From assembly GCF_964355755.1 (NCBI RefSeq), contig NC_092673.1:10106001-10170000 (forward strand): a DNA stretch of 64,000 nt. The letters run 5' to 3'. The notes under the pieces were generated by a model. That model made no database searches, was not told the DNA's origin, and saw only the letters and a list, made by a program, of their open reading frames with translations. Of the stretch, positions 25,404-39,169 are shown piece after piece. The translations under genes and the position numbers were made by a program. The first letter of the stretch is position 1. Each line of letters begins with the position of its first letter. The stretch comes from Antedon mediterranea (lineage: Eukaryota; Animalia; Echinodermata).

Positions 25404-28400
25404 ATGGCGTTAATGATAATTATTATGATTGCGGCATTAACTAATGTTTTAAAAGGCGTTTCGGTTCAGAAAGCTCCTCCGATTAAGTTAGTAAAATTTA
25501 AGGGTGTTCCAAGATCTCCCGGGGACCTTACGTTAAAAGAATGGCTTGAAGATTTTCGAATTTATTGTGATCATTATTCGTTGGGCGATGATGATCGATA
25601 CGATACCCTGATTAGTCATCTTGGTGGCTGTGCGAAGGATGAGGTTAAATGCAGTATGAGTATGTGTGAAAATGGGAAGAATGTGAAAGCGGCTATAAGA
25701 ATTTTAGAACTCGCTTTTAAATCAGAGGATTCTGTTGCATCATATAGTTCAGCATTTTATTCTAGGCAATTGTTACCGGGTGAAACTTTGGCTGAATATA
25801 GCCTTTCTTTAATGAAACTGTACTCCCAACTTGTCGAAGCGTCTTATCCCTCTGAGCAATCCGCTTTGAGACATCTTCAAGATACTACTTTAAAGCAGCG
25901 TTTAGTGGACGGTGTTCGTGATCCTACAGTTAAGCGTGAATTACGTCGCATTGAGCTAGCTTTTAGAGGAAAATCTTTTTTTGATATGCGCGAAGAAGTT
26001 CTTGAGTTGTATAAAGTTGATATTGTTAGGACAAATCCGCGTGCACATGGCGTAGAATGTAATGAACGGCCCTCAGAACTATCAGAAGTAAAGCAAGAAT
26101 TGCAAGCATTAAAGAAACAAATTAGCGAAATTCAGCGTTCCCAATTTATATCTAGTCCACCTAAGTTTAATCAACATTCTACAGGTCCTTTAAAATGTTA
26201 CAATTGCGGTAAAAATGGTCATACCAAATCTGATTGTGAAATACCTTCTGGGTTGTGTTGGTTTTGTAGAGGAAGAGGTCATTATTCATATGCATGTCCA
26301 CATAAGAATCGTAGTAGTAATTCTAATACTCCGGGTATCCAACGTAGTGCTTCAGATACGCCTACTCAGGATATAATTAATACTGTTTCTAAGTCACAAA
26401 CCAATCATCCAATTCCAACTGGTAATGTTGAACGTGAAGTTCATATCCCTGTTGTTGCCACGGACAATAATGGAAATATGTCTAACGTCCAATCCTTGAA
26501 ATGTTCCGATGCTGTTTTAGTAGATAAATTAGTAGCCAGAAGTCCATGTACTATCCTTAGAATAGGCTCAACTGAGTTAGGTTGTATCTTGGATACAGGG
26601 GCTGAAGCTTCAATAATTCCGTCATCGGTCTATAATAAGCAATTAAAGTCAATTGTTGGAGAGCTGGGATCTGTTAATGGGCTTTTCATGAATGTTATCG
26701 GTGTTTGTGGGGTGGAGGTTCCAATCGAAGGATATGTAGAAATTCCCATTGTTATAGGTGAACAAAAGTTAACTGGTAGTTTTTTGGTAGTTTCAGATGC
26801 TGTCACTGTAACTAATCATAGTAATGAATATCCTGTTTTGATTGGGTGTAACATTTTACGCGAATTACAAGGGTTCCATTTATTACGTGATCTTTCACAG
26901 GTAACCGCTACTCATGTTGATGCTCCATGGAATAGAAAGGCTGAAATTCTTTTGCAAGTAGATGAGGATGAATCAAGTATCTTAGTTTCTTTGCAACATT
27001 CTGATGTTACTATTCCTTGTGATTCACATTCAGAAATTGTTGACGGTAGTGTAAAATCTGATATTGATGATTGTAAGTTTAGTGACCACACCCAAAGTCG
27101 ACTTGTATCCGTCGGTTCTGTGCGTAAGTTATATGACATTAATCACTCTTATTCTAATTCTTTTTGTGGTACTGAGTTAAATTCTGAGAGCCAGCAGTTA
27201 CCGCCTGGGGTAATTATCAACGGTAACCTTGATTGTGTGGAAACTCAACAAGTGACTAACCTATTGTCTAAATATAATCATGTTTTTTCTCATAGTGGTT
27301 TTGATGTTGGGAAGTGTGATGTTATTCCTCATGTTATCAATTTAAAAGATGAAACTCCAATTAGACTACCATATCGTCGTATTCCTCCTCATTCTATATC
27401 AAGTGTTAAGTCTATGTTACAAGAAATGTTGGACCAAGGAATAATTAGGCCGTCCAAAAGCGAATTTGCAAGTCCCATGGTGTTGGTCAAAAAGAAAGAC
27501 GGGTCTTTGCGCATGTGCGTTGATTATAGGAAGTTGAATTTCCAAACGTTGAAAGATTCATTTCCCCTACCACGCATTGATGAGGTTCTAGAAGTACTCA
27601 CTGGGTCTTGTTATTTTTCTACCTTAGATTTATCTCATGGATTTTTCCAAATTATAATGGCAGACGAATCTATTAATAAAACTGCATTTAGGGTTCCTTG
27701 GGAACTGTATGAATTTGTTCGTATGCCGCAGGGTCTGTCTAATAGCCCGGGAACATTTCAACGTGTAATGGAATATGTATTAGGCGACATGAATTTGACT
27801 CAGATTGTGTTGTACTTGGATGACATTTTGATATTTTCTTCTTCGTTTAAACAACATTTATCTAGATTAGAAAATGTGTTGTCCAGATTGTATAAGTATG
27901 GGTTAAAGGTTAAGGGGAAGAAGTGTGATTTCTTTAAGACGGAGGTAACCTATTTGGGTCATGTTATCTCATCTGCTGGAGTTGCTGTAGACTATGGGAA
28001 AATAGAAAAGATACTGACCTGGCCAACGCCAAAAAGTATTACTGAACTTAAATCATTTCTGGGACTCTCTTCATACTATCGAAAGTTTATTTGTAATTAT
28101 GCCAAAATTGCTGCGCCCTTGCATTTGGTAACCCGGTTGTCTGACACACAAGCGGGGAAGGCCCACAGTTTTCGTTGGACTGAAATTGAAGAAGCCGCAT
28201 TTGTTGAATTAAAAAATGCTTTACCTAAACCCCCAGTTCTTGTATATCCCAAATTTGATGAACCATTTGTTATTGAAGTAGATGCCAGTTTGAAAGGTTT
28301 AGGTGCTTGCTTGTTGCAGGAGTCTAATGGTTCTCTTCATCCAATTGCTTATGCAAGTAGAAGTCTTCGTGGTGCTGAATACCGATACCCTGATTTATCG

Positions 28401-30340
28401 AGTTTTAAGTTAGAGTTGTTGGGGCTAAAATGGGCAGTGGTGGATAAATTCGCCTCTTACATTCAGGGTTCAAAGGTTACCATTTTTACTGATCATAATC
28501 CTTTAGCGCATTTAAAAACTGCAAAGCTTGGCGCTACAGAAATGAGATGGGTCTCTCAGTTAGCTATGTTCGATATTGAAATCAAATATAAGCCAGGTTC
28601 TAACAACAAATGTGCCGATACTTTAAGTCGTCGTCCGATTAGTGTGTGTACGGATTTTAAGTCGGATCTAGGAGTTATCGCTTCATGTCTTAATATATAT
28701 GTTGATTCTCATCCCTCAATTAATAAGTGTAAACCATGTATTGAAATTGATCAATCATCACGTAATATTAACAAAGCATTGTCTATTTTTCCTTCTTACT
28801 CCCATGAGCAGTTGGCAGAATGTCAGAAGAAAGATAGGGAATTGGGAGAAATCTGGAAATTATGGATGGAAAAATGGTGTCCTGGTGACCGCTACAATAC
28901 AGATAATTCTAGAATGTTGGGCTGGTTGAGACAGTGGACAAGTTATAGAGAGATTTGTGGAGTTCTGTATAGAGAGATCAATGAGGATATCCATGGTAAA
29001 ATTCATCAATTGTTAGTGCCTACTAATTTGCGCAATCTTTTTATAGGTTTATGTCATGATAAATGGGCTCATCAAGGAGTTCAACGGACTATACAACTTC
29101 TAAAGCGTCGATGTTTCTGGCCAGGTATGAATGGTGATGTACGTACGCATATTTCCAAGTGTTTTAGTTGTGTATCTAGTAAAGTTCCTACTCCAACGGT
29201 CAAACCCCCTCTTCGTCATATTCTAGCCTTTCGTCCCGAAGAGATTCTTGCTATAGATTTCTTAAAGATGGATCGTGGAAAGGGAGGCTATGAGGACATT
29301 CTTGTTATGACTGATGTGTTTAGTAAGTTTTCACTAGCGGTCCCATGTAAAGATCAGATGGCTGATACAGTGGCTCGTGTATTGAGAGATAATTGGTTTT
29401 CCCACTATGGTGTGCCAGCACGGTTACATTCGGATCAAGGTAGATCCTTTGAGGGTAAAATTATTCAAGGTATAGGCCTATGTAGTCTTTATGGCATGAC
29501 AAAATCTCGCACTACAGCGTATTGGCCTGCAGGTAATGGGCAGTGCGAACGTTTCAACAAGACCTTATGCAGTTTATTGCGTTCTTTAAGCCCGAAAGAT
29601 CGACGCAAATGCCCGAATTGCTGCAGCATATTGTGTTTATGTATAATTCCACCCCTCATACCGTTACAGGTGTAACACCGTATCTTCTTATGTTTGGTCG
29701 TGAACCATTAATTCCATTAGATCACTTTATTGGAGGTGCGGAGCAAGATTGGTCTGAGGATTATTTGACTAAAGAAGCTGATCTCATGAAGAGGGCATAT
29801 GAAGTGGTTTCACGTAGAATCAAATCAGCAGCAGCTAAAGAAGAGCATCGTTATAAGTCTTGTTCTCCGACGGAAATATTAGAAATTGGTGATCGGGTTT
29901 TACTTCGTCGAAGACATTTTAATACTAGACATAAATTGGCTAATAAGTTCGAGGAGCACTCGTATATTGTTGAGACTATTAACAAAGAAGCAGACGTTTT
30001 TGGTATCCACTCTGCAGTTGGGGGTCCTTTGAATTATGTTAACCGCAGACGATTGCGATCGGATCCTAGGAGTGTGGTGGAAGAACTGGTACATTTTGAT
30101 TGGAATGAGTGGTTGCCGTATGATGGTCTAGAAGTGGATGTAAATTATAAAGATGAAAGTTGTGAGTCTGAATCGGACGATGATGTTGAAAGTTTTAAGA
30201 TTGTTGTAGATGTGAATTCTGATCAATCAATAGATATTGAGCGTGATGATTCGAGAGTAATTCCAAGGCGATCATCTCGTTTTACAAAAGGTGTTCACAA
30301 AAATCGATATCGCTTACCCATGTCCACTCTTAAAAAATAA
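25404..30340 (+). CDS. Gypsy Gag-Pol polyprotein (one frameshift near 29620)
   Basis: Two CCHC knuckles (CYNCGKNGHTKSDC, CWFCRGRGHYSYAC), protease LDTGA, RT YLDD, RNase H VDAS/TDH, integrase H-H-C-C and LHSDQG; the integrase tail continues in ORF 29543-30340. Confidence 0.93.
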
Positions 30341-30375
30341 ATTTGTTTCGCTCCTTTTGGGTCAAAAGGGCATCC

Positions 30376-30386
30376 AAGCGGGGAAA
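30376..30386 (+). promoter_or_regulatory. Polypurine tract
   Basis: aagcggggaaa just before the 3' LTR. Confidence 0.7.
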
Positions 30387-30387
30387 T

Positions 30388-31183
30388 TGTAATGGATCGG
30401 AAAGCTTCCGAAGTTTCTTATATCTACATTATTGGTGGCGCAATATATTGCATTGCATTGCTATTGTTCACTACTGGTAGTCGCGGGCGTATTTGCATAT
30501 CAGGTGAATGATTATATTGAATAGGCTGCGTGAGCGTTGGTTCTGCAGAAGTTGTTTTAGTTGTTGTCTGAGTAAGACATGTTATATACTGTATTTCTTT
30601 AAAGTGTGGATTCTCGCCAATACTGTGAGTAGATATTTTCTATACAACAACCATAATGTTTTACAGTATTACTCCATGTGCATAACCGAGTTAAGTTGTT
30701 ATCGTTCATTATTTGTAACGACCATGAATTCACTGTTTAATAATTTCTCTTTGATATACAGCTTTGTCTTATTAGATAGCATACATGTTGAAGTTAGTTG
30801 TATAACATACCATGTTGAAGTTAATTGGATAACTTACCAGGTTGACGTGATTAGTAGTATGAAATTGGTGTATTGGATCCAGGTATAAGTTCGTTAAATG
30901 TTATATACAGTAATACTAATTGATAATTAGTGAAGTGACCATATTGTAGTAAGCTTGCTTGTGATTGTTTTTATTGTTGAATTATATTACACTGCTGATG
31001 CATAATAATTATGACGTTGTTTTATACAGGGTTTGTTGTTCCTGTTTAGAAAAATAAACGATACAGAGTAAATACAGCCTCATTTTGCGTATTGTTTCGT
31101 TGCATGGGATACATGGCTTCACAAACCAAACCTTAATGGTCTAAACCTAGCAAATCAATATTAAGGATTCCCGAACTACGACA
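30388..31183 (+). repeat. 3' LTR (796 bp)
   Basis: By eye, differs from the 5' LTR by about five substitutions and one 3-bp indel. Confidence 0.95.
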
Positions 31184-31688
31184 TAAGTTACTATATAAGG
31201 GAAGGAGAAGTATTTTGGCATTACTTATCTGCTCCAACTGTGTGGTGAATTACAATTATCCTGAATTGTTAATGTTAGCAGGACTGAAGCCATTATGAAA
31301 TGTATACAACCACTGGACTTTCTACAGTAACTTCTCCAATATCCAACATTACTTACCCGTTGATTAAGTTAATTAACAATTGGGATGAAATATTTTACAG
31401 TACTTTGTACTTAATTTATTATTAACATTTAAAACATATTTTAATGTAAATTAAAAATAATTTTATTTTATAGTTGTTTATTTATAAATTAATTTAGCAT
31501 TTACTTAAACTATAGGCTTAATTTAATAATTAATTAGTTACAAACCCAATACCTGATAGGAAGGATGAGCAAGGCTAAGACAAAGGTGTAATACGCCTGC
31601 AATCTGTGGGTCTTCAGGCATAGATATAGATATCAACTAAAGAAGGTTACGCATCTAGGCAGCGGGTTGCATGAGAACAGAGAACTGA

Positions 31689-34600
31689 TAGTCCGGTGGC
31701 AGGAGGGGGAATCACCACCCGAAAGGTGATTAGAATTTTCCGTAGATTACGAATATGGAAGGTAATCGATCAGGATATGAAGCGTTTTCGAGATATAAGG
31801 GATCAAAGTTCAAAATTGACCAATTACAAGAATGTATTATGTATGTATTATAACAAATTTATTGAAGCACAATTTGGTCTTTTATTACATTTTTATGATT
31901 ATAAGTGTCTATTCAATCACCTTATGAAAAAAAATCCTTTGTAATTAAGGGTCAAATTTCAATATTGACCAATCATAGAACGTACCTATAAAACCAAATA
32001 AAAACTTATATTTAATAAAAATTGGATGTTTTCTCATCCTGTTAATCAATCATACGCAATGTAAAAGAGCGAATACATCATTTCATCAGTTGACATAAGG
32101 TCAATTTCATCAGTTGACATAAGGTCAAAAGTCAACATTTTAATACACGTATTAGTTAACAAATAAATTGCAAATTATGATATTGATGGTTTTACCAAAA
32201 TTAAATCAAATTATTTGATTAGTAAAGTTATGTTATTTCATTATAATTTTGATTAATATAATTATAATACTGTATTTAATCAAATCAGACTTTGATCAGG
32301 GTAGGAAGCGAATAGGAAGAGATAAGGGGTCAAAGTTCAAAATTGACCGATTATAACAATGTATTATATACATATGTATTATAACCAATTTATTGAAGTT
32401 CAATTTGGTCTTTTAATACATTTGTATGGTTATAGGTATCTATTCAGTCGCCTTATAAAACAAATACTTTTCAATTAAAGGTCAAATGTCAATATTGACC
32501 AATCACACATTTTGCATATAAACCCAAATAAAAACTAACATTTAATACAAAATGTTATGTTTTATCATTCTGTTAAGACATTTATCAATCATACACAATC
32601 AAAAGGGGACATAGGTCAAAGGTCAACATTTGAACAAGTGATATACTAAATAATGCAAAGTTATTCAAACTATGAGATCGATGTTCATAAATGTAATCAC
32701 GTTATTTGATCAGTGAAGTTATGGTATTTTTATATTTTTTCTAGTGCGCATTATTTTAAATGTATTAATATAATACTGTAAAATAAATAATAAAATTATT
32801 AATATTATTAATATTATGACGGTTAAAATGTTATGATGTTAAAATGTTACGCTGCCCTTCAATGATTTGCCACTATACAGTTGCATTTATTAGGGCTACA
32901 ATATTCGTTTTTGGAAAATAAACTACTATATATCAGAACCAGAGAATACCAATTCGTACAGGATAGGGCATAGGCAGATCCAGGTGGCCAAACTCAATCC
33001 ACAACTCACTACACAGACAGACCACAATTTTTATATAGCCACAGATAGTTTGGCCCATACAGGAAAGAGTTTCCTGTACACAAAAGATTCTAAAATAACC
33101 CATATGGATTTGCCCGAATGAACCCTCTAAGGACCCTTTTGGGATGTGGTGTGCTACATAAGGCCCTGTATTAGAAATTAATATGGGGTAAATAGTTCAT
33201 AGATGAACTATGGAATAAAACTAAAATGTTCACCCTCAATCTTTAAATAACATTTATGGATTTGCCCAAATGAACCCAAGGGCCGATCTTTCATGGACCT
33301 TTCGGGGTTCTCTATGTGGGTCTACAAGAGACCCTATATTGGAAATACTGTATGTGGGGTGAAAATGTGGGTTCATAAAGATATAATAAATATCCCTGTG
33401 CACCCTCGATCATCCATAAGGAACATTTTATGGATTTGCCCAAATTAACCCAAGGGTCGGTCGTTCTCCATGGATGGACATTAAGCCCCATAATGGAAAT
33501 ATAAGGGGTGATACTGTGAGTTCATATAGACAGGCGCGGCCCATGGAATAAAGCTGCCTGTGCACTCTCGATCCTTAAGGAACCGATTTTGATTTTTCCT
33601 AAAATGAAACAACAGCAGGTCATCTATTTAGACCCTTCTCTACTGTATGTTCAGTTCTACATTTGGCCCCTGTATCGGATCAATGCATTTGGCTACATAA
33701 GTTAGTTACTGTGTTAGAAATATATCGGGTAACTAAAACTGTAGGTTCCAATATTAAGCCATGGGAAAACCCTGTCTGTGCACCCTCAATCCTTTTAAAA
33801 GGAACCCATATGGATTTGCCAAAATGAACCAAGGGTAACTTCTGAATTCTCTATGAACCGTACATTCCGTTTATTGGAGATACATGGATACCTGATTGAA
33901 ATGTTTCTGAAAGACATTGTACTGTATAGTAGTAGTATTCCCCTTCCCCACCTCTTTGCATTAAATCCGCCCGATAGGCTCTTATGTACAGGATTTCAAA
34001 GCAATAATCACACTTGTATTTTTCAAGCAGTATAATCTATTAGATTGAATAAAAATATCTATTATAAAAAATTTTCCGTTAGAAATCTCTATGCTATGTC
34101 GTTATTTAGATGAGAAAAACAGGTCAAAGGTTAAAATTACAGAAAAATAGTGTTTCAGTCACTTTTTGAAAAAAATGTTGCATTATGGCAAGTATAAACA
34201 TATATATTGTGAACAATTTGATACCAAAATTGGCTCCTTACGATAAATATTTATTAATTTATGTTTTTATAACCTTATTCAATTATGTCAAAGGTTAATA
34301 ACCACACTTCCGGTCATTTTCAAGCAATATCATCTTTTACACTGAATATAAATGTATATCTTAGGAACAATTTGCTCCTATTTTTAATTCTCTCCCTTCT
34401 CTCTGCCGTTACTTAGATATAGCAAAAAAAGGTCAAAGGTCAAAATTGCTATAAATGGGGTTTCCGATCAATTTTACAAAGAAAGTTCTGTTAGAGCTAA
34501 TATAAACATATACATTGTGAACAATCACCAAAATTATCTCACTAGGTCCAGAATTTCCAGAGATATAGCATGTTTTTATATTGGTCAATTTTGAACTTTG

Positions 34601-34693
34601 ACCCCTTATATCTCGAAAACGCTTCCTATCCTGATCGATTACCATCCATATTCGTAATCTACGGAAAATTTCCCCCCTCCTGCCACCGGACTA
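31689..34693. mobile_element. Non-autonomous Academ-like DNA transposon with internal tandem repeats
   Basis: Termini tagtccggtggcaggaggggg and cccccctcctgccaccggacta, >100-bp TIRs, TSD TGA; ~520-bp internal duplication (~31770-32290 and ~32290-32800) and ~5 degenerate 150-220-bp units (atggatttgcccaaatgaacc) at 33100-33850. Confidence 0.8.
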
Positions 34694-34945
34694 TGAAGAA
34701 GAAGACTGCAAGGAACAGGAAGTGAGGAAAAATGTTAGAGGAGTGATATATGACGAGGTGCCAAAGAAGTTAGAGCCAGGTTTAAGGCTACATGACTAGA
34801 CCAGTAGGCATGCATGGGGCGGAAACTCGATGGCAGATAAGAAACTGGAGGCTGTTGAGATGAAATGCATGAAATGAGTGAAACTATAAGTTAGACAAAC
34901 TATAAGTTAGACAAATGAGGGATAACATTCATGAATGCAGGCTAA
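34694..34945 (+). mobile_element. Highly decayed RTE-like LINE remnant
   Basis: GVIYD.EVPKKL, GAET and KKLEAVEMKC-like residues; appears to continue at ~38008-38125 after the Harbinger insertion. Confidence 0.35.
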
Positions 34946-37900
34946 AGCCTGGTTTCCTGTCGACGTAAGATTTGGAAATGCTAACGTTTGTTACGATTGT
35001 TGCGTTTGTTACGTCTCTTCCGTTAAGTTGAACAAAAGTGAACGTCGTTTTGATCGTTCTGAACCGCAGGCTCACGAGCCGATAACGACCCTTACGTAAA
35101 GTTGACTTTTTTAACTTCAAGCGCTTACGGTCGTCTTATGATCGTTACGTAAAGTTGAAATTTTTTCTTACGCTTCTGTGTTTGCTCGATCGATAGTTGC
35201 CCATGTCAGGCAATTGTTTTTCAGGTAGGCAGCCTAGGCTTAGAAAGGCATACATGCACATATGGCATACTGTACATAGGCCTAGCTTCATAAAACGGAA
35301 CATGCCTAGGCCCAGGCCCAGTCCTACATCATAACCATTACTATTTTACTGTAATATAGGCAAGAGGCCTGTACTAAATATGTCCTAGACCGTAGCCTTC
35401 TTGTAGGCCTAGCCTAGGCCTACTTAGTAATACTAGGCCTAGGCTAGCCTACTACTAAAAGCCTTTTTAGGCCTACCTACTATATAGCCTAGGCCCCTAG
35501 TACTTAGTAGTAGTAGGCCTCCTATACTAGCCTACTAGGCGAGGCCCTACAAACAAGTACTAGGCCTATCCCAATTAAGTGGACCACCATCTGTAGGCCT
35601 AGGCTAGCTTTGGAATTAGGTATAAATCTCTCTTTTTTTTAGTGTGACTTTATTTTATATGATAGGTCAAATTAAAAAAAAAACATTTTAACATTTTAAT
35701 GTATTGGATCTACACACTCTACACAATAATTCCAACTTCTAAACTGCAACAAAAATGATCTACAGTGAAACTCTTCTTTTACATGCCCTTTGGTTGGAAT
35801 GTGTTTAAAAACTAAATGTTTGTAACTAAAACTGTTATCATACTGTACACATAATTATAACTAATAACAGTAGTTCAGCTGCTTAACAGGAAAATGCTAT
35901 AAAATTAAAATTTGTAGTCATTAACAGAAAAACAAGTGAAAAACACTTTAAATATGTTTAATTATTTTTCTTTGATTTAAAATAATTATTGAAAAGCTTC
36001 AACACACTAGTTTTAAAATGTTAAATATTTTTACAGAGCAAATTTTAAACACAAAATGAGGCCTATAATGATTCCAAAGTAAATACTGCCCAGTACATAG
36101 GAAATATCACACTTATTTATTATTAACATTTTTACATGTGAACAGAAAGTCTGCTTCTAGTACCACTGAAAATTAAACAAAACATTGATATTAACATTGA
36201 TAATGTATCAACATTGAATGTGTATGTGTTGCATTTACTAATTGTTTTGCTTTATTAAATAGATATACAAGTATGACACCAGAAAGATTGAATCAACTTG
36301 TGTCCTTAATTCAGCCCCATCTGAAAGAGAGAAATTACAGTACAGTGTACCACAGTTTCAGAGTTTAAAAATATGTTTATAATTTTAGTACTCAACTTTT
36401 TAGATTTATTTAAAGGTTTAATTTCAAGTGAAAAACACTTTAAATATGTTTAATTATTTTTCTTTGATTTAAAATAATTATTGAAAAGCTTCAACACACT
36501 AGTTTTAAAATGTTAAATATTTTTACAGAGCAAATTTTAAACACAAAATGAGGCCTATAATGATTCCAAAGTAAATACTGCCCAGTACATAGGAAATATC
36601 ACACTTATTTATTATTAACATTTTTACATGTGAACAGAAAGTCTGCTTCTAGTACCACTGAAAATTAAACAAAACATTGATATTAACATTGATAATGTAT
36701 CAACATTGAAAGTGTATGTGTTGCATTTACTAATTGTTTTGCTTTATTAAATAGATATACAAGAATGACACCAGAAAGATTGAATCAACTTGTGTCCTTA
36801 ATTCAGCCCCATCTGAAAGAGAGAAATTACAGTACAGTGTACCACAGTTTCAGAGTTTAAAAATATGTTTATAATTTTAGTACTCAACTTGTTAGATTTA
36901 TTTAAAGGTTTAATTTCCTGTATCATATATATTGTGTGACACAGTGTATGCAAAGAAAGTTACTGTATATCACTTAAGGTAATCAGTAAAAGTGTTTGTG
37001 TTTGCGTTTTAAAAATGTATTTAGTTAATAAGTAAGTAATTATAGTATTTAGTTAAAGGTTTGATTGTCGGTATTATATATTCTGTATGCCATGGTGTAT
37101 GCATCTATTATTTTTGAGAATTTATATAAATGGCCTAATCCATAAAATAGTATTGTGCAGAATGTATTTGTAAATAAATTTATTTAACAAGTATTTACTG
37201 TATGCTTCTTATTATTAAGTGTGGAGGGATATTGAATGGCAATATTATTTAATAACTTTATTATTATTATTATCATTATTATTAATTGTTATTAAATATC
37301 TTACCTTCTGTATTTAATATTACATCTACTGCATCAGAATCTAATAGCATGCTTCTTATAACAACACAAACAACAAAAACATTGATTAGAAAAACTCAGA
37401 TGGAGCAAATAGTGCCGGTTTAAATTGTTTAAAAACATCGAATCATTTCTCCTAATAAAAGAATAGTTAATGAACTTAATTACCGGAAGGAGAATATGTC
37501 AATAAAATAAAGAAAAGTGTGAATAGAAAGAACTTGAATATAATTGTACGTTTTTAATATAGGGCTAATTTTTATCCTTTTTTGGTAAAGAGGTGTTGTA
37601 AAAAAGCTGCTTTTATTAATGAAATTCGTATTTTCGTATCTATTAAAAATAGGCCTATCCTTTTCCATTGTATATCTTGCGCTTACGACTCTTACGCTTA
37701 CGTAAAGTTGACTCCAAGTTAACTTTACGTAAGAATCGTTAATAACGCAACGCAAGTGATCGCAAGCAATAAAATCCCGGTTTCCTGTAAATTCGCGATA
37801 AATCGACGTATCAGACGGAGATTCGATACCCCGGTTTCCTGTCGATCGTCTATTTTTCTTGCGTTTACGTCGATTCCACCAAAATATTGTCGTAAGCGGT

Positions 37901-38005
37901 TTCCTGTCAAATGTTGGTTTCTTACGTAAAATCGACATAACAATCGTAACTGACGTTAGAAAAACTGACTCTTAAGGCACTCTTACGTCGACAGGAAACC
38001 AGCCT
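34946..38005 (+). mobile_element. Non-autonomous PIF/Harbinger element
   Basis: TIRs agcctggtttcctgtcgacgtaaga and tcttacgtcgacaggaaaccagcct; TSD TAA; transposase exon remnant YTRMTPERLNQLVSLIQPHLKE after an AG acceptor (~36263 and ~36755). Confidence 0.82.
35933..36917. repeat. Near-identical 492-bp tandem duplication inside the Harbinger element
   Basis: caagtgaaaaacactttaaatatg starts at 35933 and again at 36425; only a few mismatches. Confidence 0.9.
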
Positions 38006-38127
38006 TAAGATAGTATGGGATATGAAGATTAGGGAGAAGAATGCTATAATTAATCGGATGGATAGCAGAAAGAGTAGGAATGGAGAAGACCAAAAAGAAG
38101 GGCGAGAAAGAGATGGTTATAGTCCAG

Positions 38128-39113
38128 TGGCCGTATTCACCAATCTCACTTAGGCAAAGGGAAACACTTAAGGGGTATTCACAAATGAGTTAAGGGATTC
38201 ACTTACCTAAGGAAAACACTTAATTTAAGGGTAAAACTTAAGGGTAAAAATAATCATAAATATTCATGAGTTGTCCCATTGTCCAATCACAGAGGATTTA
38301 ATTCCCCTATGGTCCAATCACTTTCCTCTTTAAAACTAATTTGCATATTTTAAAAAGAGTAAGGGGTTGGGGGACGGGGGCGAGGATGAAGAGAAAATAG
38401 TGTATGGACGATGATCAATAAAAAGAAAATGGCAGTCAAAACAAAAAGTAAATGAATATTAGACCTAGACTAATTTGTATGAGGATCAAGAAAATTAGGT
38501 CTAGCCTAGATGCTACTAACAAACCAACATTCTGTGTAGTCATAAACCTGTCTGTATTGAGGCATATGCATCCTAGGCTGGTTACTGGGCAGACCAACAG
38601 GGGGCCTAGCATCTCTACCTAGCCTACTAGAATGGGGCTAATTTATATTACAACGAAATGGGAAGCCATCTTCCACGAAAATAATGGCAGTCAAAAAAAA
38701 AAAAAAAATGAATATATAGGCATAGACTAATTTGTATGGTGGGGATCAGCAAAAATGATCTAGATGCTACTTAAACTAAACATGAATCCTAGGCCAGTTA
38801 GTGGGCAGACCAACTAGCCTTAGCCTAGCATCTCTACCTAGCCTAGACTGGGGCTATCTACAACTGGGCATAGTACTCGCACACACAGAATCTTCAGCAC
38901 AACCAAGGTACTGAATAGTTAAGGGAACTTTTAAGGGACCTCTGAGGTCCCTTAAAAGTTAAGGGAAAAATAGACCAAGTTAAGGGTTTCCCTTAACCTT
39001 AACCCCTTTGTGAATACCACTTAAGTGAAACCCATAATATTTTCTTGATTTAAGGGAAATTTTTAGGATTTAAGGGAAATATCTCACTTAAGTGTGATTG
39101 GTGAATACGGCCA
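38128..39113. mobile_element. Harbinger-like MITE
   Basis: TIRs tggccgtattcaccaatc and gattggtgaatacggcca; 3-bp TSD CAG; many ttaaggg subterminal repeats. Confidence 0.8.
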
Positions 39114-39169
39114 CAGATCCCTATGTAAAAAAAAAGTGCCTTCGTGTGCAGATCATGGGGAAAGTGTAA

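Larger units (their letters stand above)
24186..31183 (+). mobile_element. Full-length Ty3/Gypsy LTR retrotransposon
   Basis: TG...CA LTRs, 4-bp TSD TAAG (24182-24185 and 31184-31187), PBS, PPT, gag-PR-RT-RH-IN order; empty site in copy A at ~16561. Confidence 0.97.
17998..31345 (-). pseudogene. PKHD1L1: Fibrocystin-L (PKHD1L1-like) 3' half, copy B, frameshifted exons
   Basis: Exons at ~31205-31345, ~23700-24160 (WKNWDYG), ~22750-23480, ~22000-22230 (NPSDCVEMDCDAFKKAMIRDEDGGILGG), ~21290-21920 (GENNFDRDWQTLWILIRGSDPIEI...DDFYEEDLVDNLASLL), ~20940-21110, ~20160-20765 and terminal exon 17998-18090; clearly alignable to copy A, including introns. Confidence 0.82.

Noticed and set aside
2408-31345. 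One functional fibrocystin-L gene spanning the region
   Set aside because: Exons are duplicated out of order, contain frameshifts and stops, and two are disrupted by insertions
35230-35610. Clusters of taggccta palindromes as a regulatory array
   Set aside because: Low-complexity motif scattered through several unrelated elements in the window, with no regular spacing
37480-37943. 152-aa and 72-aa minus-strand ORFs
   Set aside because: Translate subterminal repeats of the Harbinger element; no protein motifs
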